64,000 nucleotides of DNA from positions 2,838 to 66,837 of the forward strand of contig CAVWAW010000026.1 in assembly GCA_963753035.1 (NCBI GenBank). The letters are read 5' to 3'. Shown here in pieces: positions 12,379-21,886 of the stretch. This DNA comes from an uncultured Acidobacteriota bacterium. GTDB taxonomy: Bacteria; Acidobacteriota; Thermoanaerobaculia; Thermoanaerobaculales; Sulfomarinibacteraceae. Within the stretch, counting starts at the first letter, position 1, and each line of letters opens with the position of its first letter. The notes beneath the pieces are model-generated. The model had not been told where the DNA came from. It made no database searches and saw nothing but the letters and a program-made list of their open reading frames with translations. Both the position numbers and the translations under genes were made by a program.

Positions 12379-12542
12379 GTTTGTTCGACGGCGTTGTCAT
12401 ACGTATTCCCTACCGCAACCGATCACCAGAGGAAAAGGAACAGCCGAAAACAAGCGAGCATGATGAAAAACCAGGCTTGAACTCCAGCCGTTTATTGCCG
12501 AATCAAGTCGTCCGAGCATGATCAATCCGAACTTCACCATAT

Positions 12543-13283
12543 CTACTGCCCCTGATAACCCGGCAGATACCACATCCAGGCCCCGAAACGTGGGAGGTTG
12601 TCGGATATGTACTGCTGCACGAAGATATTCACGTTGACGATCTTCTTGTGGTGGACATAGACAATATCCAGAGGTGCAAGCCGGAAGTCGTTCGCAATCT
12701 GGCCCTTCCTCAGAATCTGTTTGACATCGACGATGGTCCCCACGGGCTTGGAGTCGGGACCAGGCCTGATGAGCAATACCTCTTTTATCCGTGCTCTTTG
12801 GGTGAATCCGCCGGCATCCATGATGGCTTGGACGAGGGACATCCCACCTCGATAGTCCAGCATTCCGGGGCGGTTGACCTCTCCTCCTACATAGACCGAC
12901 AGGCCCGAAAACTCACTGACGCTGACCGTGATCTGGGGATTGACCATCTCTCGGCCGAAGCCATCCATCAACTCCGCAGTCACATCGTCGACCGTTCGGC
13001 CAACAACGTTGATCCGACCGACCAAAGGCAGGTGGATTGCTCCATCGGGTCCTACGGTGCTGGTCTGGCTGAAGTCGGTCGTTTTGTAGAAGTCGATCGC
13101 GAGAACGTCTCCGACATTGATCTTGTATGGGCCCGTGAGGATCGGTGGGAGATCTTGGGAGGGCACCATCAGGGGTTCTTGAGCTATGGCGTACGTGGTC
13201 ATGAGCATGGCCAGACAGGTCAGCAACACCAATACCAGAGTCGATGACAGACCCACCCCGCGAGATTGATCGCTGGTATTCAT
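12543..13283 (-). CDS. polysaccharide biosynthesis/export protein (Wza-like, Poly_export + SLBB domains)
   Basis: Intact ORF. Signal/TM LVLVLLTCLAMLMTTYAIA, then YKINVGDVLAIDFY, VGPDGAIHLPLVGRINVVGRTVDDV, VYVGGEVNRPG, SLVQAIMDAGGF. Confidence 0.85.
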   Translation of the reverse strand: MNTSDQSRGVGLSSTLVLVLLTCLAMLMTTYAIAQEPLMVPSQDLPPILTGPYKINVGDVLAIDFYKTTDFSQTSTVGPDGAIHLPLVGRINVVGRTVDDVTAELMDGFGREMVNPQITVSVSEFSGLSVYVGGEVNRPGMLDYRGGMSLVQAIMDAGGFTQRARIKEVLLIRPGPDSKPVGTIVDVKQILRKGQIANDFRLAPLDIVYVHHKKIVNVNIFVQQYISDNLPRFGAWMWYLPGYQGQ

Positions 13284-13732
13284 ACCTTCCCCCGTAATCT
13301 GCAATTGAGTATCAATTTTAAACAACTTGGAAGCCGCTCTTGCTCAACGGGTGGACACACCCAGTGGGCAACAGACACAGGAACCTGCGCTGGTGGGAAC
13401 ATAGGGCCGATTGGGTTCACCCAACCGTCTCTCATCCCGATATCAAAGGACTCATTCACGGCCATCTTCGCTTCTCCAGACACCCCTGTCGCCCGCCTTT
13501 GGGGCGACTTCCGGATCGCTTAAATTTTTCGGCCCTCCGAGGACCTTGCATTTTAGCACAAAATCCGTTTCCTGTCTGCGCCCACGCTCACGATTCTCGG
13601 TTCAACACCGCGAATTGACGTACACCGGCTCAGAGCGAGCAACTGAACAAGTGTTTGGATCCATGTAACATACTTATTCAACAGTGGTTTGATGATTGTC
13701 AGCCCCGGTGAGTCTCAACCGGTGTGAACACA

Positions 13733-13762
13733 GAAAAACGCCCGGCGTCACCGCCGGGCGTC
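13733..13762 (-). terminator. rho-independent terminator downstream of the secreted protein gene
   Basis: On the minus strand ACGCCCGGCG-GTGA-CGCCGGGCGT (10-bp GC stem) is followed by TTTTT. It lies 28 nt after the stop at 13790-13792. Confidence 0.75.
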
Positions 13763-13789
13763 TTTGTTTGGGGTTGATTCCGTTGTCGA

Positions 13790-15098
13790 CTATGGCTCGA
13801 CGGTACTCCAGCCACTGGTGTCGCCCGACTCGAAATCGTCGGTGAAGAGCGGGATGAGATTGGTCGCCGGCGCTTGGACGTAGACCGCCACAGCGGACGG
13901 ACCACCCGTTTTGAACATCCCGATACTCGCGAGAGCGTTCTCCGGCGGGCTGTCGGCATCGAAGCTGAAGTTGTACATGGTCGACCAACGCAGGGCGTTG
14001 GCGTTTTCGGGAGATCGGTCGGAAGTCGACCGACGACCAGCTCAGCAACCCGCTCGCCGTATCGACGTCAACGGCCCAATCGGTGAGGTCATAGGGCTCC
14101 CCCGAGTGGTAGTCGACATCGCGGAAACCGATGTTGGTGATCACCGAATCCGACCGAATCGGCACCGAGAAACTCCGGCCGCTGAGGTCGGAGTTGAGGT
14201 TGAAGACCGCATACTCGTAGTGCCAGGTCCCATCACCGTTGTCACCGACTTTGTAGCCGGCGACAAAGAGACCTTCGTTGGGAACCAGAACCTCGCGGAT
14301 GGTCACCGTGGGGTCGAGATCCTGCCACGCATAGATGGCCGGACGCCCCTCCTGGGTCGCTCCCGTCGTGTCGAGGTTCGTGCCGCTGACAAGCACCTCA
14401 CGGTAGGAGGCGTTGTTCATGCCGTTGTTCGGGCCGGTGTTGACGCCATCCGGCCAACCGGCGTCATCGGGGGCGATGTACTGACCCTCGACAAAATAGC
14501 TGTAGGTGGTCGGATCGCTGACGATCTCCGAAGGTCTTGACCTGAAGCCTTCCCCGGCACGGTCGGGTTTCCCGTCGGTTGAGGATGGGGATAGACGAAA
14601 TACCCGGTGAAGGCGTTCACATCCGAGCGCGGGCCGAGACGGTCATGGCTGCCGTTGAGGCTGGCAGAGTATGGGTCGGTGCATCCGACGCCGAGTTGCG
14701 AACCCGGGGGATTGCCCGGGCAGGTCCCGCACCCGGCGGTTCGTGAGATTGATGGAAACAAATCCGTTCTTCAACCACGACATCCCGAGCATCTCGATCT
14801 TGCCGTGCTCCGCCGGCGGATCGGCCAAGGTCACCCGATAGAGATTCTGGGCGATCACCGGATGCTGGTTGGTGTTCGAAATCCAAGCGAGGGGGGTGTC
14901 CCCTCGATTGCATGAAGTCGTCCCGACCGAGTAGGCGCGGACGGTCCCATCGGTCCCCCAGTTATAGGTACTCGGCAGTTCGAAGACCACGACATCCGGT
15001 CCCGATGGACCCTCAGGAACGTCGCCAGCCACCGGTCCCGCCGCCAAAACGGCCGCACAGATCATCACCGCCGCAAGCACCTTCGTCCGCCCGAGCAT
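13790..15098 (-). CDS. secreted protein of unknown function with C-terminal ...LFTDDFESGDTSGWSTVEP tag; frameshifted as sequenced
   Basis: Signal peptide MLGRTKVLAAVMICAAVLAAGPVAG. Pieces lie in ORFs 14643-15209, 14417-14761, 13674-14420 and 13790-13978 (e.g. GSQLGVGCTDPYSASLNG, GTWHYEYAVFNLNSDLSGRSFSVPI). I recognise no family. Confidence 0.6.
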
Positions 15099-15254
15099 CG
15101 TCGTCTTCGTTGTCACCGAGGCCTCCTCCAAAAAGATCGTCTCGCGAGGCAACCGTGATTTATCAAAATTAATTCCGACTCTCAGTATCAAATCAACGGT
15201 CGAGTTCAACCGTGGACGCCTTGAGATGCACGGGCTTCCCGACCGGACTTCCGC

Positions 15255-17297
15255 TCAGTCGAGCAATCGACGAGCGGGTTCCAGGGAGGGGTCAAGACCG
15301 ATGGCGGTCTCGATGTGCTCCTCGGCCCGAGCACGCCGGCCCGCTCCGAGACAGGCGCGGGCCGCCATGATCCGAAGCTGCGGGTCTGTCGGTGACCGCC
15401 GCACCGCCTCTTCGAAGACCGGCACCGCTTCGGAAAATCGACCCGCCGCAGCCAGAACACCCGCGAGGTTCTCCCGAGCGGGAAGGTAGTCCGGGTCATC
15501 ATCGAGGACTCGTTCAAACTCACCGGCCGCTCCATCGAAGTTGCCGAGAAGGGCGAGTGAGAGACCCCGGTTGTATCGAAGTTCGAGCGAGGCCGGGTTC
15601 AGTTCCAGACCCCGGGTGAATACATCGAGAGCCTCGGCGTACCGACCGCTCGATCCGAGGACCGTACCGAGTCCGAGATAGCCCGCCGGATCGGCGGGAT
15701 CGAGAGTCCACAGCCCGGGAGTACGCTCCGGCCGCATCCTGCCACCGGCCATCCTCGACCAGAAGTCGGCCGGCAAGCAGATGGCCGCTCACCTCTGACG
15801 GGCGCTCTCTGAGAGCGCGGTCGACGCGGGATTTCGCCTCACTCGGATCGCCATCCAGGAATGCCAGTCCACGCGAGTCTGAGCTCGCGATCGGGGGAGT
15901 CCACCGGACTCCAACGATCAAGTCTTTCGACCGCCAGTCGCGTATCGGGAGACCAGTCGTCGATCGGATTCGGACATCGGCGATCTCGGCTCTTGGATCT
16001 CGAGGGCGGTCCTCCTGAGGTTCACGGTCTGATCGAACAGGCGATCCGCTCGCCGGGAGAGTTCCTGAACGACTGCGCTGTGGGCCCAGAACCCCATGAT
16101 GGGGACCATGACCATGACAAAGACCCACCCCGAGCGCCGCAGGCGACCTTCCGTCTTGAGTCGGATCGGGCCCAACCACGCGTCCCGGTTTCCGGAACAA
16201 TCTCCACAACGCCAGCACGAGGCCTGCGAGGATCGCGGCGATGCCCAGAGCAAAAAGGAACGGAACGAGGCCATAGAGCCCACGAAAAGAGACGAATCCG
16301 AGCACGAACGCCAGCCCGACCAGCGCTTCTTCCGACCAACTCAGAGCCCCCGGAGCGGACCGCCCCCCTCCCCTGCCCACGGCCGGGCGTCCGGCGCCGA
16401 CATAGAGAGCGTCGTTGGGACAGTTGGCGACGCAATCGAGGCACTTCATGCAGCCGGGATCGACCACCATCTGGTGATCCCGGACCTCTTCGTGGACCCG
16501 CACGTTCGAGGTGCACACCGAGGTGCAGGTTGCGCAGCCCTGGCACGCGTCGGTGACCCGGATTCTGATGGGCGCCACCCGATCGGCCATCCCGAACGCC
16601 GCCCCATAGGGGCAGCCGTAGGTGCAGTAACCCTTGGAGCCGAGCACGAAGACCACCGCGAACCCGCACACCGCAAAGGTCAGAACGGCCACGGTGACAC
16701 CCGGGAAGGTCGCCCAGAAATCGGTCGTCAAGAATTCAGTTTTGACCGGACCCAGGGGTTGCCCGACGCCGATCTTGTAGATCGCGGGCCAGAGGAACAT
16801 GTAGACGAACGCCACGAGGGGCACCAGTCCAAGCACCCGTGAACGCAACGGCTTCGGTTTGATCCCGACCTTGATCAGCAGCCAACGACTGAGATCCTGC
16901 AACGCGATGAGGTGGCATCCCCAGCCGCAGAAAAATCGACCGAAGACCGCGGTGAGGAGAATCGCGACAACGAAGAAGACCAGACCGGTGTTGACGATCC
17001 CGTGTTTGGCGAATTCCATGCCCTCGGATGGCTCGACCGGACTGAGCGTCACACCCCCAGGATCCACTGGGTAAAATGGGCGATCATGATCAGATGCACC
17101 GCGATCAGAGTCATGGTCCGCCAGAGCGAAGGGTTCCTCGGTCGAAGACCGCGCGGTTGGATCACCGGGAGGCTCACCGCAGGTGACGCTGCGCTGCCCG
17201 GGGCGGTGTTCTTGCGACCTTGCTTCGGCACTCGGACACGGTAGCAGAGGCGCCACTGTGGGAGCCGGAATCCACCGGCGGCACCAACCGACAACAT
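15255..17297 (-). CDS. membrane 4Fe-4S ferredoxin-type protein (CcoG/NapH-like) fused to C-terminal TPR repeats; frameshifted, 5' end uncertain
   Basis: FGRFFCGWGCHL, two cluster motifs CQGCATCTSVC and CMKCLDCVANCP, and several TM segments (ORF 15520-17256). The C-terminal TPR-like repeats are in ORF 15255-15776 (...AEALDVFTRGLELNPASLELRYNRGLSL...). An N-terminal TM lies in ORF 17049-17297. Confidence 0.7.
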
Positions 17298-17379
17298 TTC
17301 AGCCCTCTGGGGGTGGCTGTCGGCGGAGCCTCATGCAAAATTCCGCAACAGGACGAGGTGCCAGCCTCACCACGTCGGT

Positions 17380-17453
17380 CCATCGCAGGCGGGGACGCCT
17401 GCGCTACAAGGCAGTTCGCGTTCTTGTAGCGCCCGCGTCCCCGCGGGCGATGG
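17380..17453. repeat. REP pair (BIME-like single unit)
   Basis: CCATCGCAGGCGGGGACGCCTGCGCTACAA is followed by CTTGTAGCGCCCGCG-TCCC-CGCGGGCGATGG. The two-REP organisation in opposite orientation matches the tandem units at 47027-47479. Confidence 0.8.
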
Positions 17454-17507
17454 TCCCACGGGCGTCGATTCCTGCCGCAATCCCGAACTTCAAAAGAAGC
17501 TGGGCGG

Positions 17508-18389
17508 TCACCTCTTCGAGCGTCGAATCTGGTCGGTGGTGAAGATCGCAAGGGCGAGCCAGATACAGACGAAGGTGATGATTCGGCCCGGATTCAACAC
17601 CTCGCCGTAGGCAAGAACCGCGAGGAGAAACTGGCCACTGGGTGCGAGGTACTGGAGGAAGCCGAGCGTCGTCAGCGGGAGCAACCGCGCAGCGCTGGTG
17701 AAGCACAGCAGCGGCACAGCAGTCACCGCACCGGCCAGGACGAGAAGGACATCAGTCGAAAGATCACCGGTCCCCAGATACAGACCACCGGTTCGGCGAG
17801 CCCACACCAGGTAACCGGCCGCCGGCAGCATCAGCATCGAGGTCTCCACGGCGAGACCGACAACGGCGCCGACCGCGGCGGTTTTTCTGAGAAGTCCGTA
17901 AATCCCGAAACTGAACCCCAGGGCCAGGGCGATCCACGGCAACTCCCCCACCATCACAACCTGAACCGAGACCCCCAACCCCGCCAGTACCACGGCGACC
18001 GCGGCGGGCCGGCTCAGTTTCTCGCCGAGAAAGACCATCCCGAGCATCACGTTGATCAGCGGGTTGATGAAGTAACCCAGACTCGCCTCGAGAACCCGAT
18101 CGTGGTCGACCGCCCAAATAAAGAGATACCAGTTGATGGCGATCAGAACGGTGGTGACTACAAGGGTTGCCAGGGTCTTTCTGCTGGAGAATACGCGCCG
18201 AAGCTCGGGCCACTGCCCACGTACCAGGACCAACGGCACAAGGAGAACCACCGACCACACGATGCGATGGGCGAGAACCTCGAGAGCCGGCACACCCGTC
18301 AACGCCTTGAAGTAGATGGGGATCAGACCCCACATCCCGTACGCCGCGACGCCATACGCCACTCCCTTACGGAAGTCCTCCCGGCTCAT
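17508..18389 (-). CDS. rarD: EamA-family transporter RarD
   Basis: Intact. GVAYGVAAYGMWGLIPIYFK..., 10-TM profile, YFINPLINVMLGMVFLGE. The start is taken at the internal ATG (MSREDF...) of ORF 17508-18476. Confidence 0.8.
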   Translation of the reverse strand: MSREDFRKGVAYGVAAYGMWGLIPIYFKALTGVPALEVLAHRIVWSVVLLVPLVLVRGQWPELRRVFSSRKTLATLVVTTVLIAINWYLFIWAVDHDRVLEASLGYFINPLINVMLGMVFLGEKLSRPAAVAVVLAGLGVSVQVVMVGELPWIALALGFSFGIYGLLRKTAAVGAVVGLAVETSMLMLPAAGYLVWARRTGGLYLGTGDLSTDVLLVLAGAVTAVPLLCFTSAARLLPLTTLGFLQYLAPSGQFLLAVLAYGEVLNPGRIITFVCIWLALAIFTTDQIRRSKR

Positions 18390-18560
18390 CTCGGAACCGA
18401 CGATGTCACGCGAGTTGCGTTCCCACAGGTGCTGGAACCCCAAATCCCTCGGTCTTCTTTCCAAGATCCCTACCATTGCACAAAAATACCGGCCCGGGGT
18501 CGTGCCCCGGGCCGGCGGATGGGATCGGATCGGGTGTGAGTGGATGCGACCCGCCGACAG

Positions 18561-19568
18561 CTATTCGAGGGGTGCAGGTGATTGTTGAATGGATGTGAGT
18601 ATGGGAGAGTTCATCCCCCAGGCGGTCGAATCGACGACGATCACGGCGGGCGGGACCATCGGCGAGAAGGCGGCGCTCTCTTGAGCCTGTGCTTCCGGGC
18701 TCTCGACCACGACCTCGGCGATCACGATCGGCTCGAGTGTCTCGGGCGTCTCGATGTCATCCACCGCCTGCTGAACGGCCGCCGGCGCTTGCGGGGCCGG
18801 CCAGCCGAAGACGGAGCGGATGTCACTCAGTTTTGCCTGCACCGCCAGGGCGTTCTGCCGCCCCATTCTCAGGAGGTGCCGCTGCGCGTCGCTCATCCGC
18901 TCGAAGTCATCGTCGGCGAAGGCATAGGTCCGTGTTCGCTGCTCGACCTCGATGGCGCCCAGGGGAACCTCCACCTCGAGGAGGTGGTCGATGGCCTGCC
19001 GCAGACGATCCTCGAAGCTGCCCCGATGCCATGCGACATCCTGGCGCGCCTCTTCGATGGCAGGCTCGAGTTCCCTCAGGATGGCCACGGCGGCCGCCGC
19101 ATCAACCGAACCGAGCACCTCGACCGCCAGGTTGTAGCGGCGATAGGTCCCGGCCGCGATGACGAGCCGCCCCTCGTCCTCGCGAACGAGGAACGGGTGT
19201 TCAGTGGCGACAAAGCCGAGCTCACCGCTCGGGCTGTAGCCGTCCGCGACTGCCTCGACCGAAGCGACAAAACTCTCGATGAGGCCATCGGTGACCAGCC
19301 AGGACGCCCACTCGGGGTGGGCCGAGATCCGGCTCGCCACGGTCCGGATGAATTCGTCGCCCATCGGAGGCGCCGGCTCCTCGAAACTCGCCGGCACGAA
19401 AGCGGACGGCTCCTGAGGCGTCTTCTCAGCCTGAATCGGAGCCACCCTGATGGTGGGTCGGTCCTCGATCGTGCCGGTGATGCCGCCGGCGAACACGAGG
19501 AAGACGGTGGCGGCCGCAGTCACGATGGTGCCGCCGATGGTGGCAAATAAGCGATCGTCTCTGTTCAT
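18561..19568 (-). CDS. DUF3014 domain-containing membrane-anchored protein
   Basis: Intact 335-aa ORF with an N-terminal TM, then ...HPEWASWLVTDGLIESFVASVEAVADGYSP...YRRYNLAVEVLGSVD..., which is typical of DUF3014 proteins (recognised from memory). Confidence 0.65.
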   Translation of the reverse strand: MNRDDRLFATIGGTIVTAAATVFLVFAGGITGTIEDRPTIRVAPIQAEKTPQEPSAFVPASFEEPAPPMGDEFIRTVASRISAHPEWASWLVTDGLIESFVASVEAVADGYSPSGELGFVATEHPFLVREDEGRLVIAAGTYRRYNLAVEVLGSVDAAAAVAILRELEPAIEEARQDVAWHRGSFEDRLRQAIDHLLEVEVPLGAIEVEQRTRTYAFADDDFERMSDAQRHLLRMGRQNALAVQAKLSDIRSVFGWPAPQAPAAVQQAVDDIETPETLEPIVIAEVVVESPEAQAQESAAFSPMVPPAVIVVDSTAWGMNSPILTSIQQSPAPLE

Positions 19569-19682
19569 GATCGGCCTCCTTTTTCGATCCCACAGCCATG
19601 GTGCTGGACCGGCGCGGTGAGAAGAGGACCGAATTGAGGCTGATCGAGGGCGGACCGTGGCGGTGCTTGGGCACCGCCACGG

Positions 19683-19921
19683 AATTATGAATTTTGAATT
19701 ATGAATTTTGAATTTCGGACCCCGTGCTCGAGCGCCAAAGGACTGTCGTACGAGGTCAGACCTGCTCGAATACCTCTGAAGAGCAGGCTGTGAGTCCGCC
19801 CCTAAACTCCATCACATCATTGACATGCATCACGCGTGATCGTTTGCGATGGTGCGATGTCACAATTCATGAATCAATCATAATTCATAATTCATAATTC
19901 ATAATTGAGAATTCATAATTC
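19683..19921. repeat. heptad-armed inverted-repeat element, copy A
   Basis: The left arm TTATGAA/TTTTGAA x4 (19683-19715) and the inverted right arm TTCATAA x4-5 (19864-19921) flank a GC-rich core. The core is ~80% identical over ~100 nt to the core at 42300-42442. Confidence 0.85.
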
Positions 19922-19931
19922 TGCGCTGTGG

Positions 19932-20435
19932 TCAGTCAACGGTCCCGGGAGAGACGGTGTCGAGGGCGTCGGCTTGTGCGGCTTCGCCGCGGAGATCGAG
20001 CTGGCCGTGGCTTTCAAAGCTCATTCCGCGGACACTTCCCGAGGGCCGGACGACATAGACCTTGCCGGTCACGCCGTAGTTGAGGACCTTGGCTTCGATG
20101 ATCCCTTTGATTCGGGTGGCCAATGCCAGGTGGTTCATATGGAGCTCGACCCGTCGGACCACCGAACCGAGACGGGGCAACTCCAACCGCTCGTCACTCG
20201 CCCCTTTGCCCACCTTGATGCCGTTGAGTTCGAGTTTGATCACCGCACCATCGATGATGATGGGTTCGGGGTTGTCATTGGAGATCCGGACCGCCACGTC
20301 GAGGGTCGACTCGAAGAGCGTCGCGTCGACGATATCGAGATCAACCAGGGTCACACCCGGCGGCTCCATCGGTTCCGTCGTGACGCAGCCGGAAGCGGCG
20401 AAAGCTGCGATGACCAGCAGGAGGATCCCCTGCAT
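19932..20435 (-). CDS. LEA type-2 (NDR1/HIN1-like) family lipoprotein
   Basis: Lipobox MQGILLLVIAAFAASGC, then a beta-rich region VTLVDLDIVDATLFESTLDVAVRISNDNPEPIIIDGAVIKLELNG typical of LEA_2. The start is chosen at an internal ATG. Confidence 0.7.
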   Translation of the reverse strand: MQGILLLVIAAFAASGCVTTEPMEPPGVTLVDLDIVDATLFESTLDVAVRISNDNPEPIIIDGAVIKLELNGIKVGKGASDERLELPRLGSVVRRVELHMNHLALATRIKGIIEAKVLNYGVTGKVYVVRPSGSVRGMSFESHGQLDLRGEAAQADALDTVSPGTVD

Positions 20436-20538
20436 CGAGCCGGATCGGCAGTTCAACAACGCTCCACCATGGATCTTTGTCGAGTTTGACATCTCTCGAA
20501 GTGTAGCCCAGCCCGGTGTGCGCGTATAAAATATCGGC

Positions 20539-20721
20539 ATGGACGCAATTTTCATCATCGCGGCTGTCGTGGCCCTGACCGGGCTCGTCATCGCCGGGCG
20601 TTTTCTCTGGTCAGCCTGGTCGGACTTCCGTTTCCGCCGGCAGAAGCGAATGGAAGAGGACCGGCGTCAGACCAACCTGCCCGTCCCCATGGAGAGACGC
20701 AAGCGGGACAGGCGTCAGTAA
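20539..20721 (+). CDS. small hypothetical membrane protein (60 aa)
   Basis: One TM (IFIIAAVVALTGLVIAG) followed by an Arg/Lys-rich tail. There is no homology evidence, only the ORF and its position upstream of the KAS-III gene. Confidence 0.35.
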   Translation: MDAIFIIAAVVALTGLVIAGRFLWSAWSDFRFRRQKRMEEDRRQTNLPVPMERRKRDRRQ

Positions 20722-20810
20722 CCCGCACCTGCCGCTGGTGTTAAGATGCCACTCCGGATCTGCACCTGGAACCCGGGCGTTCACAGGTGCGTATATTTAT
20801 GGGGGGCGAT

Positions 20811-21827
20811 ATGAAATTCGACAACGTACAGATCCTGAGCGTAGCGCACATCGACGCGCCGCACGCTGAGCGTTCCGATGAAATCGAGTCGAGACTCGAA
20901 GCCACCATGAAGCGACTGGGCGTCCCGCCGGGAATGCTCGAGAGATTTTCGGGGATCAAGAGCCGCCGCCAATTCGATGAGGAGATGCCGCCGAGCGAAG
21001 CGGCCGCCAAGGCCGGCGAGCGCGCCATCGAGAAAGCGGAAATCGACCGGGCACAGCTCGGAATCGTGGTCAACACCTCGGTCTGCCGTGATTTTGTCGA
21101 ACCATCGACCGCCTCCATCGTGCACCGCAGCCTCGGCCTCTCGCCGAACTGCCTCAACTTCGACATCTCCAACGCATGCCTCGCCTTTATCAACGGCATG
21201 GAGATGGTGAGCAACATGATCGAGCGGAAGCAGATCGAATACGGCATCGTGGTCAACGCCGAGAACACAAAACACGCCACCAGGAGCACGATCGAGCGGC
21301 TGAGTCGGCCCGACGCCACGATGGAGGCATTTCGCGATGCGTTTGCAACCCTGACCCTCGGGTCCGGAGCGGTGGCGATGGTCCTCGCCCGCGCCCAGGG
21401 CAAACCCGGCGAGCACCGATTCCTCGGTGGTGTCAACCTCTCGGCGACCGAGCACTGCCGGTTGTGCTACGCCTCGGTCGACAACATGGTCACCAACGCC
21501 AAGAAACTCCTCACCCACGGTTTGGAACTCGCATTCAAGACCTGGTCGCGGGCGCGGGAGGTTCTCGCATGGACCCCGGACAATATCGACCACTTCATCA
21601 TCCACCAGGTCGGCAAAGCCCACACCGAACGCTTCGCCCGGACCCTCGGCATCGATCTTCAGAAGATCTTCCGTCTCTATCCGAACCACGGCAACATCGG
21701 GCCCGCCGGTGTTCCCATCGTTCTGTCGAAACTCATCGAAGAAGGAAAACTCAACGCCGGCGATCGAATCGCGCTCATGGGAATCGGCAGCGGCATCAAC
21801 TGCACCATGTCCGAGATCGTCTGGTAG
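20811..21827 (+). CDS. 3-oxoacyl-ACP synthase III (KAS III / FabH-like) family protein
   Basis: Intact. Active-site Cys context DISNACLAFINGM, His in FIIHQVGKAH, Asn in YPNHGNIGPAGVPI, thiolase-fold length (~338 aa). Confidence 0.85.
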   Translation: MKFDNVQILSVAHIDAPHAERSDEIESRLEATMKRLGVPPGMLERFSGIKSRRQFDEEMPPSEAAAKAGERAIEKAEIDRAQLGIVVNTSVCRDFVEPSTASIVHRSLGLSPNCLNFDISNACLAFINGMEMVSNMIERKQIEYGIVVNAENTKHATRSTIERLSRPDATMEAFRDAFATLTLGSGAVAMVLARAQGKPGEHRFLGGVNLSATEHCRLCYASVDNMVTNAKKLLTHGLELAFKTWSRAREVLAWTPDNIDHFIIHQVGKAHTERFARTLGIDLQKIFRLYPNHGNIGPAGVPIVLSKLIEEGKLNAGDRIALMGIGSGINCTMSEIVW

Positions 21828-21886
21828 TTGACACTGGTCCGGTGAAGGGGCAAAGTTCCACATCTTGACACGGTAGCGGAGGCACC

